A stretch of 40,469 nucleotides of DNA from the sequence record KY979108; one strand, written 5' to 3'. How positions within the stretch are numbered: position 1 is the first letter of the stretch; every line of letters starts with the position of its first letter. Source of the DNA: Escherichia phage ECP1. Below are positions 29,501-38,108 of the stretch, one piece after another. Below the pieces are notes generated by a model, which was not told where the DNA came from, did no database searches, and worked only from the letters and a program-made list of their open reading frames with translations. Made by a program: the position numbers and the translations under genes.

Positions 29501-30053
29501 TGCTGATTTCACGCAGGCCTCGGCCACGAAAATCAACTCCCTGACGGTTACGGTAAACGGCCAGACAGCGGCTATTAACCAGACCGCGCAGGCGGTGGCT
29601 GATGTGAACGGTAACCTCAGCGCGATGTATAACATCAAGGTTGGCGTTTCCAGCAACGGTCAGTATTACGCCGCGGGCATGGGGATTGGTGTTGAGAATA
29701 CGCCGTCCGGGATGCAGTCGCAGGTCATCTTCCTGGCTGACCGCTTCGCCGTCACCACGGCAGCAGGTAACAGCGTGGCTTTGCCGTTTGTGATCCAGAA
29801 TGGACAGACATTCATCCGGGACAGTTTCATCCAGGACGGCACTATCAGCAACGCAAAGATTGGTAATTTTATCCAGTCGAACAATTATGTTGCTGGTTCT
29901 GCTGGCTGGAAGCTTGATAAAGGGGGGACGTTTGAGAACTACGGTTCGACTGCTGGTGAGGGAGCCATGAAACTGACAAATCAGACGATCAGCGTCAAAG
30001 ATGGCAGTAATGTTCTTAGGGTGCAGGTTGGACGATTAACGGGAGTATTCTGA
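26598..30053 (+). CDS. J: Host specificity protein J (central tail fibre)
   Basis: 1151 aa in the J position, with fibronectin-like central region. Confidence 0.9.
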   Translation: MATATAIKGRKGGSSKTRTPTEQPDDLQSVAKAKILIALGEGEFSGQLTGKDIYLDGTALENADGSQNFSGVTWEFRAGTQAQKYIQGIPGTENEISVGTEVSSATAWTRTFTNTQLSAVRLRLKWPSLFKQEDDGDLVGYSVNYAIDLQTDGGTWQTVLNTSVTGKTTSGYERSHRIDLPQAGSTWTIRLRKITSDANSAKIGDTMMLQSFTEVIDAKLRYPNTALLYIEFDSSQFNGSIPQISCEPRGRVIRVPDTYDPETRTYSGTWTGAFKWAWTDNPAWIFYDLVVSDRFGLGHRLTAANIDKWTLYQVAQYCDQMVPDGKGGNGTEPRYTCNVYIQDRNDAYTVLRDFAAIFRGMTYWGGDQIVALADMPRDVDYSYTRANVVGGRFTYSSSTTKSRYTTALVSWSDPGNAYADAMEPVFEQALVARYGFNQLEMTAIGCTRQSEANRKGRWGILTNNKDRVVSFDVGLDGNIPQPGYIIAVADELLSGKVMGGRISAVNGRVIKLDRVADAAPGDRLILNLPSGASQSRTIQAVNGESVTVTTAYSETPQAEAVWVVESDELYAQQYRVVSVSDNNDGTFSITGAWHDPDKYARIDTGAIIDQRPVSVIPPGNQSPPANIVISSFSVVQQNISVETMRVSWDQAQNAIAYEAQWRRNDGNWVNVPRTSTTSFDVPGIYAGRYLVRVRAINAAEISSGWGYSEEKTLTGKVGNPPKPVGFIASENVVFGIELNWGFPANTDDTLKTEIQYSLTGTEDDAMLLADVPYPQRKYQQMGLKAGQIFWYRAQLVDRTGNESGYTDWVRGQASIDVSDITDVILEDIKESDTFKELIESAVDSNEKIAGMADDIRQNADDLEQQALAIKENADGLAQAEVKIDEISVSMDGMTGGVKNSSIAVIQNSLAQVTSRRSQTATNAGNSASIDRIDTTIADTSQAVARALVTLDASAGGNVSNATDLTETLADFTQASATKINSLTVTVNGQTAAINQTAQAVADVNGNLSAMYNIKVGVSSNGQYYAAGMGIGVENTPSGMQSQVIFLADRFAVTTAAGNSVALPFVIQNGQTFIRDSFIQDGTISNAKIGNFIQSNNYVAGSAGWKLDKGGTFENYGSTAGEGAMKLTNQTISVKDGSNVLRVQVGRLTGVF

Positions 30054-30054
30054 A

Positions 30055-30357
30055 ATGGCTTATGGAATACAGACCTGGGATGCTTCAGGAAAACCCAACA
30101 ACTATGGCATCAAACCCGTTTCCGTCGTTGGGCGAATACAGCTGGCTGCCGGGCAAACCTCCGGCAGCTGGTCTTTTACGGTGCCCTCAGGAATGAAAGT
30201 TGGTTTTGTTCTTTCACTTGATGAAGGAGGTAACAGCGTAGGGCGGCGCATTGTCGCGTCAGGGAGCACAATAACCGTAAGCGCTGCATCTTCTGTAGGC
30301 CTGGGAAATTATCCGGCCTCAAAATGTGAGGTGGTTGTTTTCATGGAGAAAGCATAA
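30055..30357 (+). CDS. Hypothetical protein downstream of J
   Basis: ORF coupled to the J stop. Confidence 0.45.
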   Translation: MAYGIQTWDASGKPNNYGIKPVSVVGRIQLAAGQTSGSWSFTVPSGMKVGFVLSLDEGGNSVGRRIVASGSTITVSAASSVGLGNYPASKCEVVVFMEKA

Positions 30358-30995
30358 TGGCCGAATTTGGCGCGATGATATTAATGGACAACGGGAACCC
30401 ATTTGTAACGCCCCAGTCAACGCCTTTTTGTCTTTACGGCAAGTACACTTTCAACTCCTCTGCTAATGGCAGTTCGCAGCAGGTTGCTCAGAATATTGCA
30501 TTAAATGCTGACTACCCTGTGATGGTATTTATCAGGACCACAAATACCGCCCAGCCCACGCCAGTAATATCTTACCGGAACGGCGGAAATATATATGTCG
30601 CGGGGGTTAATCCTTATAACCAGAGCTTCACGTTAACTGCATATATATTTGCCATATTTCCACAGACGTTACCGAAGTGGGGGATGGCAATCTGGGATTC
30701 GAGCGGGAAGCTGGTACTCACTAATGAGTCCCGCGTGCTGTCAGACTTGCAGACAATCGGAACGCCTGGAGCAAACGGCGGGATTAACATTGACCAGACG
30801 CTTGATGGTTCATGGGCAGTGGCTCCATCAAGGCTGGGGCAAGTGAACAGAAACGACGCTTACTCATCTTGTAGGTATTCAGGCACAAGTACAAGAATAA
30901 ACGCTGGTACAGCCGCAAATACTCCTGGGGGGGCTGGAGGGGTGATAAATAATGGAATTATCCTGACAGCAATTAAAACAGACGCCTATGATTGA
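30357..30995 (+). CDS. Hypothetical protein, possibly tail-fibre associated
   Basis: ORF coupled to the upstream gene. Confidence 0.45.
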   Translation: MAEFGAMILMDNGNPFVTPQSTPFCLYGKYTFNSSANGSSQQVAQNIALNADYPVMVFIRTTNTAQPTPVISYRNGGNIYVAGVNPYNQSFTLTAYIFAIFPQTLPKWGMAIWDSSGKLVLTNESRVLSDLQTIGTPGANGGINIDQTLDGSWAVAPSRLGQVNRNDAYSSCRYSGTSTRINAGTAANTPGGAGGVINNGIILTAIKTDAYD

Positions 30996-31073
30996 TCGCT
31001 TTGAGCGATCAATTATCCCAATTTATTTCATGCTGCTATTGTTGAGTTAATATTGACCTCTGGATTATTAATA

Positions 31074-31307
31074 ATGAAAAAGCTGATTATCTGCCTGGCT
31101 GTAGCGTTATCTCTGACCGGTTGCGCTGGTGTACTTGAGAAACAGAAACCGATTTGCAGCGGCACGGCATATATGGGTGGCCATGAGAATACCGTTATGA
31201 TTTACGCCGTTCGAAAGCAAAACAACCAGACGCAATACCAGGCCGGATATCCCTTTAACTGGCGCTGGGTAAGTGCGAACACATTCACAAGCACGACATG
31301 TAAATAA
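31074..31307 (+). CDS. Small lipoprotein (candidate Cor-like superinfection exclusion protein)
   Basis: Signal peptide with lipobox LTGC (MKKLIICLAVALSLTGCAG); located downstream of J where cor-type genes sit. Confidence 0.5.
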   Translation: MKKLIICLAVALSLTGCAGVLEKQKPICSGTAYMGGHENTVMIYAVRKQNNQTQYQAGYPFNWRWVSANTFTSTTCK

Positions 31308-31365
31308 CTCATGATTTTCAATGCAAACCTCGCCTCGGCGGGGTTTTTTATTGCCTGGAGAAAAT

Positions 31366-32661
31366 ATGCTTTATAACACTGGAACCATCGCCATTAACGG
31401 AAACAGCGCCACCGGCACGGGCACGAACTGGACGGCACCCGCCAGCCAGGTCCGCGCTGGCCAGACGATTATCGTGATGTCTAACCCGGTGCAGCTGTTT
31501 CAGATTTCATCCGTGAACAGCGCCACGTCAATGACGGTTACTCCAGCTGCTTCCCCGGCGCTGAGCGGCCAGAAGTACGGCATTCTTGTTACTGATAGTC
31601 TCTCGGTCGACGGCCTGGCGCAGAGCATATCTCAGCTCATTAACGAGTACGACGAGAATATCGGCGCGTGGGAGACGTTCGCCACCACCTCCGCAAACCA
31701 GACTATCACCGTTACTATCAATGGGGCCTCCGTGAATATTCCTGGTATTGGCGCACTTGCCAGAAAGGGGGCGAATAGCGATATCACGGAGCTGAAAGGG
31801 CTCACTACCGCGCTTTCTATTGCACAGGGTGGCACCGGGGCAACGAAGGCAGAAGACGCTCGCACAAACCTCGGTTTGGGAAACGTAGCCACTCTTAATA
31901 CTGGCGAGTCTCGTGAAAACGTAGTTACGGTAGGTTCTTCTGGTATTGGAGGCAACAGTATCGGAACAGGGTCTGAAAACATCAATACGTTTGCCGGGAA
32001 AACATGTTTCTGGACTGGGCGAGGTAGCGGACCCATTACCAGTGTTGTTTTTGGTTTTACAGTAACCCACTCCACACAGTCATCCGCTTATAACACACAG
32101 GTTGCATTCAGAGGCGGGCGCTCTTATCTTCGCGCACTGGAAGGTGGAACCTACACAAGCTGGTATGAAAATTACTCAACAGCCAACACCACTAAAGCCA
32201 GTGATGGAACTCTTAAAGCGGCATCGCCGGTGGCACGTATCGTTAAGTCTCAGGAAGAGAGTCAGCGTACTGACGTAGCCGATGATGGTTTCTCCTGGTG
32301 CGGCTGTGGAACGGCGAACGCTGAGGCGGAGGGAATAACCCTTTCCCGCCTCGAGGTGGGTGTTTACTTGCTGGCCGGTTCGGCAGGACTTGCGTCAGAG
32401 GGATGGCAACTGCTGCCGCCAATGGACCCTGGCGGAATGGGAGAGCTTGGCGTTGTCGAAGCAGAACAGACCGAAAGCGGCGAGCTGACAATCCGTCTTT
32501 TCAAGCGAAAATATATCCTGAGCGATGAAGGTGAGGTCATCAAAACCAAAGGTGAACCGATTGACGTCCCGGCGAACAGCTGGATCGATGTTCGTCTGGA
32601 TATGCCAGAAAACAGTGTCTGGAATCAGCGCCAGAAAGAGGCGATTGAACCTGCTTCATAA
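31366..32661 (+). CDS. Side tail fibre protein
   Basis: Glycine/serine/threonine-rich repetitive protein with conserved tail-fibre-like segment; start after hairpin and RBS GGAGAA. Confidence 0.75.
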   Translation: MLYNTGTIAINGNSATGTGTNWTAPASQVRAGQTIIVMSNPVQLFQISSVNSATSMTVTPAASPALSGQKYGILVTDSLSVDGLAQSISQLINEYDENIGAWETFATTSANQTITVTINGASVNIPGIGALARKGANSDITELKGLTTALSIAQGGTGATKAEDARTNLGLGNVATLNTGESRENVVTVGSSGIGGNSIGTGSENINTFAGKTCFWTGRGSGPITSVVFGFTVTHSTQSSAYNTQVAFRGGRSYLRALEGGTYTSWYENYSTANTTKASDGTLKAASPVARIVKSQEESQRTDVADDGFSWCGCGTANAEAEGITLSRLEVGVYLLAGSAGLASEGWQLLPPMDPGGMGELGVVEAEQTESGELTIRLFKRKYILSDEGEVIKTKGEPIDVPANSWIDVRLDMPENSVWNQRQKEAIEPAS

Positions 32662-32869
32662 AGAAAACCGCCGCCTGTCGTATGCAAGCACGAGCCACGG
32701 CTGGCTGTCTAACTTTCGATAGTGCGAGTATTGAATGATTTCCAGCCGCTACCGATTTTACTATGTTTTCAGTAGAACACTTAGACAAAACTGAGACACA
32801 CAAATCTTTGCACTGGATTGCAAGGCTTTGTGCTCTTCTGTGAATGTGTGGCTATATGTTTGAAGATCG

Positions 32870-32889
32870 TTGTGCCGTATTTGTGACAT
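32870..32889 (+). promoter_or_regulatory. attP arm-type integrase binding repeat TTGTGCCGTATTTGTGACAT
   Basis: Near-identical copy at 33089..33108 on the other side of the core; partial copy at 32921..32933. Confidence 0.5.
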
Positions 32890-32995
32890 ATATATGGCAA
32901 CATCATGCATCAACTTTCTGTTTGTGCCATCAACTATAGCTTAGTGAATGCGGTTAATGCTTGCTAAAACAGATAGTTATGATTGGTGCTACAGA

Positions 32996-33040
32996 TTCGT
33001 AATGCGAAGGTCGTAGGTTCGACTCCTATTATCGGCACCA
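32996..33040 (+). other. Attachment-site core: 3' 45 nt of a tRNA-Thr(CGU) (anticodon loop through CCA), not a complete tRNA
   Basis: TTCGTAA anticodon loop (anticodon CGT), T-arm GGTTCGACTCC, acceptor 3' strand and CCA are present; the 5' half is absent and replaced by unrelated sequence. Confidence 0.7.
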
Positions 33041-33054
33041 TTTAAATCAATGAG

Positions 33055-34215
33055 TTACCTCGCATTTAAGTAAACCACATTCTCCTCTTGTGCCGTATTT
33101 GTGCCATTGCGACTTATAATCGCATCGATTTTGCTCGCGTGCTCGGTGAGATGCCCGGCTGAAAGGTGTGCGTATCTTTGAACCATTTCGAGAGTTTCCC
33201 ATCCTCCCATCTCTTTAAGTGCAAGAAGAGAGACACCGGACTGAACCAGCCAGCTTGCCCAAGTATGCCTCAGGTCATGGAAGCGGAAGTTGCTAATGCC
33301 TGCCCGCTTTAACGCTCCCTTCCATGCCTTGTTGCTGTCGGTTCTCATCTTCCTTACCGCTGCTGTTTTTGTTCCGTCGCTTCGGTAGGCAGGTTTGGTG
33401 TGGACAAATACCCATCTCTTATGGAGCCCCTGCTGTTTTCTTAATATCTGGCATGCGGTTTCGTTAAGAGGAACTCCGATCGCATTGCCAGCTTTTGTTT
33501 CATCAGGGTGCATCCATGCCATTTTCTTATCCAGATCGACCTGTGACCACTCAAGGTCTGTAACGTTGGAACGGCGAAGGCCTGTCGTGATTGCAAACAT
33601 GACCACAGGGAAGAAATGAGGAGCAATTTCTGCAAACAGGCGCTTAGATTCCTCCTCTGTAAGCCATCTGATTCGTCCATTCTTAACGCGTGGTGTTGAT
33701 ATTTTGGGCGCCCTGTCAAGCCATCCCCATTCAACAGCCATATTGAGAATAGCGCGAAGTATTGCCAGATGCCGCGTCTTCGTTCCTTTGCTTGCCAGCT
33801 TTGGTTTATACTCCGGCACTGGCTTGCCAAGCCGCAAACACCTGTCCCGGCTCATTTCCCAGTTCAGGCGATGGCGGCGGTTTTCCATCCCGTCTACCGC
33901 CTCCATTATTTTTTCTGTTGTTATGTCAGAGAGAATGGTTTCTCTGAAGTGCAACATCCAGAACGATATAATGCTCTTGTCATCATCAATGGACTTCTTA
34001 TCCGATTTCTCACGCAGCCACCGTATGCAGGCTTCCTTGAATAGCTTTTTCGGCGATTCCCCGAGATTTTTTACTCTCCACGCTTCTGCTTTCAGACGAT
34101 CGTGAAGTTCTTGCGCTTGCCTTTTGTCCGATGTTTCAAGAGAGCGTCTAACTCTTGATCCATCTGGCGCGACGAAATCACAGTGCCACGTGCCACCGCG
34201 TAGTTTGATTGACAT
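33055..34215 (-). CDS. int: Tyrosine integrase (thrW-targeting, P22-like)
   Basis: 386 aa with HDLRHT and RYAHL catalytic motifs; adjacent to the att core. Confidence 0.9.
   Translation of the reverse strand: MSIKLRGGTWHCDFVAPDGSRVRRSLETSDKRQAQELHDRLKAEAWRVKNLGESPKKLFKEACIRWLREKSDKKSIDDDKSIISFWMLHFRETILSDITTEKIMEAVDGMENRRHRLNWEMSRDRCLRLGKPVPEYKPKLASKGTKTRHLAILRAILNMAVEWGWLDRAPKISTPRVKNGRIRWLTEEESKRLFAEIAPHFFPVVMFAITTGLRRSNVTDLEWSQVDLDKKMAWMHPDETKAGNAIGVPLNETACQILRKQQGLHKRWVFVHTKPAYRSDGTKTAAVRKMRTDSNKAWKGALKRAGISNFRFHDLRHTWASWLVQSGVSLLALKEMGGWETLEMVQRYAHLSAGHLTEHASKIDAIISRNGTNTAQEENVVYLNAR
33089..33108 (+). promoter_or_regulatory. attP arm-type integrase binding repeat TTGTGCCGTATTTGTGCCAT (inside the 3' end of int)
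   Basis: Direct repeat of the element at 32870..32889. Confidence 0.5.
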
Positions 34216-34439
34216 GCTTTAACCTCCTGCACATCAACCGCATTCACCGCGCTATTGTGTCTTACAGACTTAAGCGCCGCAATGCAGTCTGACTTGCAAA
34301 TGCGATATGGGCTTTTAGGTTTATCTGGATTTATCTTTGCGGCCTGAAGTCGTCCACTTCGTATCCACTGCGTGATAGTGCCTTTGTCTACCTTCAGATA
34401 CGATGCTGCCTCTTCACGAGTGAAGATTTCTTCTTCCAC
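34092..34439 (-). CDS. xis: Excisionase (Xis-like DNA-binding protein)
   Basis: N-terminal winged-helix-like segment (FTREEAASYLKVDKGTITQWIRSGRL); overlaps the int start as in lambda xis/int. Confidence 0.6.
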   Translation of the reverse strand: MEEEIFTREEAASYLKVDKGTITQWIRSGRLQAAKINPDKPKSPYRICKSDCIAALKSVRHNSAVNAVDVQEVKACQSNYAVARGTVISSRQMDQELDALLKHRTKGKRKNFTIV

Positions 34440-34620
34440 TTGGAATCTCCATTTATTGAGTTGGTATTATTGCGGTAGGTCTGGATATCTTGAGAAATGA
34501 ACAGGCCTCACCGAGTGTGAGGCGGTGTTATTTCATGGTTAGTCCTTGCGTAGCTCGCTGATTCTTCTGTAAGTCTCTGGTGCTTTGCTATCTCACGCAG
34601 TGCCTGATAGTCAATATTGC

Positions 34621-35157
34621 TCACTGGTTGCCTCCTTTGCGAAGCTGGGCGGCGAACTCGTTAAGTGATATGTAGCAATCTCCAAATGTTAACGAACCGC
34701 TCGACCGCATATGCTCCATAGCCATCTCCACGCCCTGCGCCCGCACTTCAGCCAGGAAAGCGTCGGTGGCTGGAGTTTCTTCTTCTTCAATCTCGGCAAC
34801 GACATCTTCGTGATAAGTTGTGATATCGTTCTGGTGGATATCTACGAAATAACCTTCAACAGTTGCCTCGTGTCCGCGCTGATATCCTGAGTTGAAAATT
34901 CGCACGTGGTCAGCCTTCAGCCCCGCATTCTCAGCAGTCAGCGCCGCGCACTTGGCTTCAAGGTTATCAATCGTGATTCCAGCAGAACGACACTCCCGCA
35001 ACGCCGTTTCTAGTTTTGATTCAAGTTCACCGAACTTACGCACCAGATATTCAGCGTTTGTTTCGTTAACCTTTAAATCTCGTGGGATGCATTTACCTTT
35101 CAGAAATCCATCCATCTCAATTAGTGACATTTGTTTCATTTCTTCCCACTCCGCCAC
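34621..35157 (-). CDS. Hypothetical early protein
   Basis: 178 aa ORF in the int-proximal early-left region. Confidence 0.45.
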   Translation of the reverse strand: MAEWEEMKQMSLIEMDGFLKGKCIPRDLKVNETNAEYLVRKFGELESKLETALRECRSAGITIDNLEAKCAALTAENAGLKADHVRIFNSGYQRGHEATVEGYFVDIHQNDITTYHEDVVAEIEEEETPATDAFLAEVRAQGVEMAMEHMRSSGSLTFGDCYISLNEFAAQLRKGGNQ

Positions 35158-35333
35158 ATTGCATTCAGATATTTGTTGTCATTAACAGAGCCGAAACTAT
35201 TTCTCTTAAGCAATTCATCTCTCGATGGCATTGGCTTTACGCGTTGGCGAATAATCATTTCTGCCGGAAGAATACCGGGATTGTATGCAAGTCCTCTCAT
35301 GGTAAATTCCTCAGTCATTACTGATAGCGCCAT
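35136..35333 (-). CDS. Hypothetical small protein (ORF track shows 35136..35453; internal start favoured)
   Basis: Overlaps the 35311..35607 ORF in another frame, so the shorter form from the internal Met is more plausible. Confidence 0.3.
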   Translation of the reverse strand: MALSVMTEEFTMRGLAYNPGILPAEMIIRQRVKPMPSRDELLKRNSFGSVNDNKYLNAMWRSGKK

Positions 35334-35607
35334 AGCGTGAGCGGTAATTACGCAGGCGCGGGTCGATATATTCAGGGAAGTGGGTATATGTGGCTTTGCG
35401 GAATGGTCGGATTGATGTCTGGTAAATTCGCTCTCGTTCTTCTTTCTCTGCAAGCCATATACAGTGGCGAAATTCCTTTTCTTCTTTCGTTTCCTGCGGT
35501 AGCGACATTATCCGGTCGTAGTTTTTCCTGAATTTATCCAGCACCTCCGATACGGAATTGCCGGAACAGCGGCGCGCGTCGTCCGCACCATACAGAGGCG
35601 CTGGCAT
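35311..35607 (-). CDS. Hypothetical early protein
   Basis: 98 aa ORF directly downstream of SSB. Confidence 0.4.
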   Translation of the reverse strand: MPAPLYGADDARRCSGNSVSEVLDKFRKNYDRIMSLPQETKEEKEFRHCIWLAEKEERERIYQTSIRPFRKATYTHFPEYIDPRLRNYRSRYGAISND

Positions 35608-35620
35608 GATTTTCTCCTGA

Positions 35621-36136
35621 TTAAATTGCGTGAATAGCGTGACGAGGGAAGGGGAGGGTTACTGGCGCAAAAGGTATATCGTCGTCAAACTCCATAGGTG
35701 GTTCGCTGTGATTTACCTGCTTCTGAGGCTGCTGTTTTTGTTGCTGACCGTTATTTCGCTGAGGTGAAGACTGTTCATTGCTTCCTTGCTTGCCACCAAG
35801 CATTTGCATGGTTCCACCAACGCCCACGATAACTTCGGTAGTGAACCGATCCTGTCCGCTTTGATCCTGCCATTTTCTTGTCCGCAATTTTCCTTCAAGA
35901 TAAACCTCAGAGCCTTTTCGCAGATATTCGCTGGCAATTTCTGCCAGTTTCCCGCTCATTACCACACGGTGCCACTCCGTCTGCTCCTTTTGCTCTCCAG
36001 TTTGCTTATCACGCCATTGTTCTGACGTAGCAACTATAAGGTTTGCAAATGCCGTTCCTGATGGTGAATATCTGATTTCTGGATCATGCCCAAGGCGACC
36101 AATAATGATCACCTTATTTACGCCTCTACTTCCCAT
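35621..36136 (-). CDS. ssb: Single-stranded DNA-binding protein
   Basis: OB-fold N-terminus, glutamine/glycine-rich linker and acidic C-terminal tail DDDIPF. Confidence 0.9.
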   Translation of the reverse strand: MGSRGVNKVIIIGRLGHDPEIRYSPSGTAFANLIVATSEQWRDKQTGEQKEQTEWHRVVMSGKLAEIASEYLRKGSEVYLEGKLRTRKWQDQSGQDRFTTEVIVGVGGTMQMLGGKQGSNEQSSPQRNNGQQQKQQPQKQVNHSEPPMEFDDDIPFAPVTLPFPRHAIHAI

Positions 36137-36844
36137 TTATGCCGCCTGTTTTAGTTCGTTAACTCTGATGTTCATTACCTGAACGCATTTAGCCTGCGCA
36201 TCCTCATTGCCAGCCATTAATTGCCAGTCATGCTGATAACGTTCTATGAGTTTTTTCTTGTCAGTTTCTGTTGATGCATAATCGCTGAAGTCTTTCAGGA
36301 TTTGTTCGCAGTCAACCGATGGAGATTTCTGGTTGGTATTTTCTGGTGATGGTTTGTTATCTGATGCTGGGATTGCCCAGCCCGGCAGCGATGGAGGGAG
36401 CCAGTAAAATCCTGTTCCATCCTTCAGTTTTGCCCTGTGCCACCCCTGCTTTTTATCGGGAGATGTTTGTGCGAAACCTTCCTCAAGGTTATACAGATAC
36501 CGACCGATTCCCCACTGAACGGCAGCGCGCTTCATTGCACCGGAACGACCACCTTTGACGGCTTCTACCTGCGTGTTTTCAGCAGCATCCCATTTGGTTA
36601 CCCATTCGGAATCAATCTTTATTGATATGCCGCATTCAACGCCGCCGTTGTTGGGAATATCGCGGTATTCATTGCGCCATCCTGCTTTGCCACAAACATC
36701 GTCAAGGCGTTTCATGATTGCCCGGTTCGTAACATAAGCCAGCACCATAGCCCACACCTTGCCATCGCGTGTTTTACCGCTTTGCTGTATTCGCCATTCG
36801 ATATCTTCAGGGCAGAATGGCTCATCGAATTTGTTCAAATCCAT
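36137..36844 (-). CDS. Single-strand annealing recombinase (Rad52/Sak-like)
   Basis: 235 aa upstream of and coupled to ssb; Rad52-type assignment is moderate. Confidence 0.5.
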   Translation of the reverse strand: MDLNKFDEPFCPEDIEWRIQQSGKTRDGKVWAMVLAYVTNRAIMKRLDDVCGKAGWRNEYRDIPNNGGVECGISIKIDSEWVTKWDAAENTQVEAVKGGRSGAMKRAAVQWGIGRYLYNLEEGFAQTSPDKKQGWHRAKLKDGTGFYWLPPSLPGWAIPASDNKPSPENTNQKSPSVDCEQILKDFSDYASTETDKKKLIERYQHDWQLMAGNEDAQAKCVQVMNIRVNELKQAA

Positions 36845-36943
36845 AATTCACCTCAGAATGGACATGGCCCAAGGAAATAACGCTGGTTTAATACTTCGAC
36901 TCGGGACAAATTAAGGCATACCCGCATTCCTTCGCGGTCACCA

Positions 36944-37102
36944 TTATGGCGATACCAGAGAGCTTTCTGCGTGTACATGCGTCTCTGTAACTTGCTCTCC
37001 TTCACTGTGGTTGCAAGTGACATGAATATCTCCTTCGTTACCGATTAATTCTTTCATCTGACGAATGAATTCTTCGTCTGACCAGTTATCTGTAAAACTC
37101 AT
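36944..37102 (-). CDS. Small early ORF (52 aa)
   Basis: Hand-translated; start overlaps upstream stop (ATGA). Confidence 0.35.
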   Translation of the reverse strand: MSFTDNWSDEEFIRQMKELIGNEGDIHVTCNHSEGEQVTETHVHAESSLVSP

Positions 37103-37251
37103 TTCCTGCGATACCACGGAATGTTGATCGCTGATTTCATCGCTTTATTTGCTTCAAGCCACATTTTGGAATCACCAATAAATCTGGCTATTACTGCTTT
37201 GTTCTGTGCAGCACGAAGCATCTGGTGATTGATGGCTATTTCATTGCGCAT
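37099..37251 (-). CDS. Small early ORF (50 aa)
   Basis: Hand-translated; translationally coupled chain. Confidence 0.35.
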   Translation of the reverse strand: MRNEIAINHQMLRAAQNKAVIARFIGDSKMWLEANKAMKSAINIPWYRRK

Positions 37252-37370
37252 AACGCCTCCAGTTGTTTCTTTGCTGCTCTGATTAATTGTTTAACTCGGC
37301 GTGATAATTCAGATTCGTGCGGGTAGAAAGCGGACATGACGCCGCTACCCGCGAGCTGAAAGTGCATCAT
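37236..37370 (-). CDS. Small early ORF (44 aa)
   Basis: Hand-translated; RBS GGAG before ATG. Confidence 0.3.
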   Translation of the reverse strand: MMHFQLAGSGVMSAFYPHESELSRRVKQLIRAAKKQLEALCAMK

Positions 37371-37453
37371 GGGTAACTCCTTATATTTGATTGCATAACG
37401 AAAACGCCTCGAGTGAAGCGTTATTGGTATGCGGTAAAGCCGCGCTCAGGCGG

Positions 37454-37702
37454 CTACTCTATTTCTTCTTCGAATGATTTTATTAGTCGGTCAATAACAT
37501 CATCCGTTTCAATATCATTTCCGTCTGATTGCTTTAATACATCTATTGATTCTGCAGCGGTAAATTCCATCGCTGTGAGAAACTCGACAATTGCACACTC
37601 AACGACATATCGTTCTTCATCTGTACGACATGAGATAAAAGAGCATTTAATTGCTGTTATTACTTTTTGTTTAAGCTCTGCAGGGTAATCAGTTTTTATC
37701 AT
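37454..37702 (-). CDS. Hypothetical acidic early protein (82 aa)
   Basis: Strongly acidic C-terminus (DGNDIETDDVIDRLIKSFEEEIE). Confidence 0.45.
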   Translation of the reverse strand: MIKTDYPAELKQKVITAIKCSFISCRTDEERYVVECAIVEFLTAMEFTAAESIDVLKQSDGNDIETDDVIDRLIKSFEEEIE

Positions 37703-37715
37703 CGTTTACTCCGTC

Positions 37716-37742
37716 AAAAAAATTGCCCTCACATTAGAGGGC
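37716..37742 (-). terminator. tL-like rho-independent terminator in the early-left operon
   Basis: Hairpin GCCCTC/GAGGGC followed by a T8 run on the minus strand. Confidence 0.55.
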
Positions 37743-37959
37743 AAAGAAGATTTCCAATAATCAGAACAAGTCGGCTCCTGTTTAGTTACGAGCGACATTG
37801 CTCCGTGTATTCACTCGTTGGAATGAATACACAGTGCTGTGTTTATTCTGTTATTTATGCCAAAAATAAAGGCCACTATCAGGCAGCTTTGTTGTTCTAT
37901 TAACCAAGTTCTCTGGCAATCATTGCCGTCGTTCGTATTGCCCACACCATTGATTCTTA

Positions 37960-38046
37960 TCAATAGTCGTAGTCATACGGATAGTCCTGGTATTGTTCCA
38001 TCACATCCTGCGGATGCTCTTCGAACTCTTCAAATTCTTCTTCCAT
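37960..38046 (-). CDS. Very small acidic ORF (28 aa, MEEEFEEFEEHPQDVMEQYQDYPYDYDY)
   Basis: Hand-translated; RBS GAGGTGAGAT before ATG. Confidence 0.3.
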   Translation of the reverse strand: MEEEFEEFEEHPQDVMEQYQDYPYDYDY

Positions 38047-38108
38047 ATCTCACCTCAAATAAGTGGTTTGCTGCCAAAACAATGAACCATCCGGAAATTC
38101 CAGATAGT

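Noticed and set aside
32980-33040. Complete tRNA-Thr gene
   Set aside because: Only the 3' portion from the anticodon loop to CCA is tRNA-like; the expected 5' acceptor and D-arm sequence is absent, so this is an att core, not a functional tRNA.
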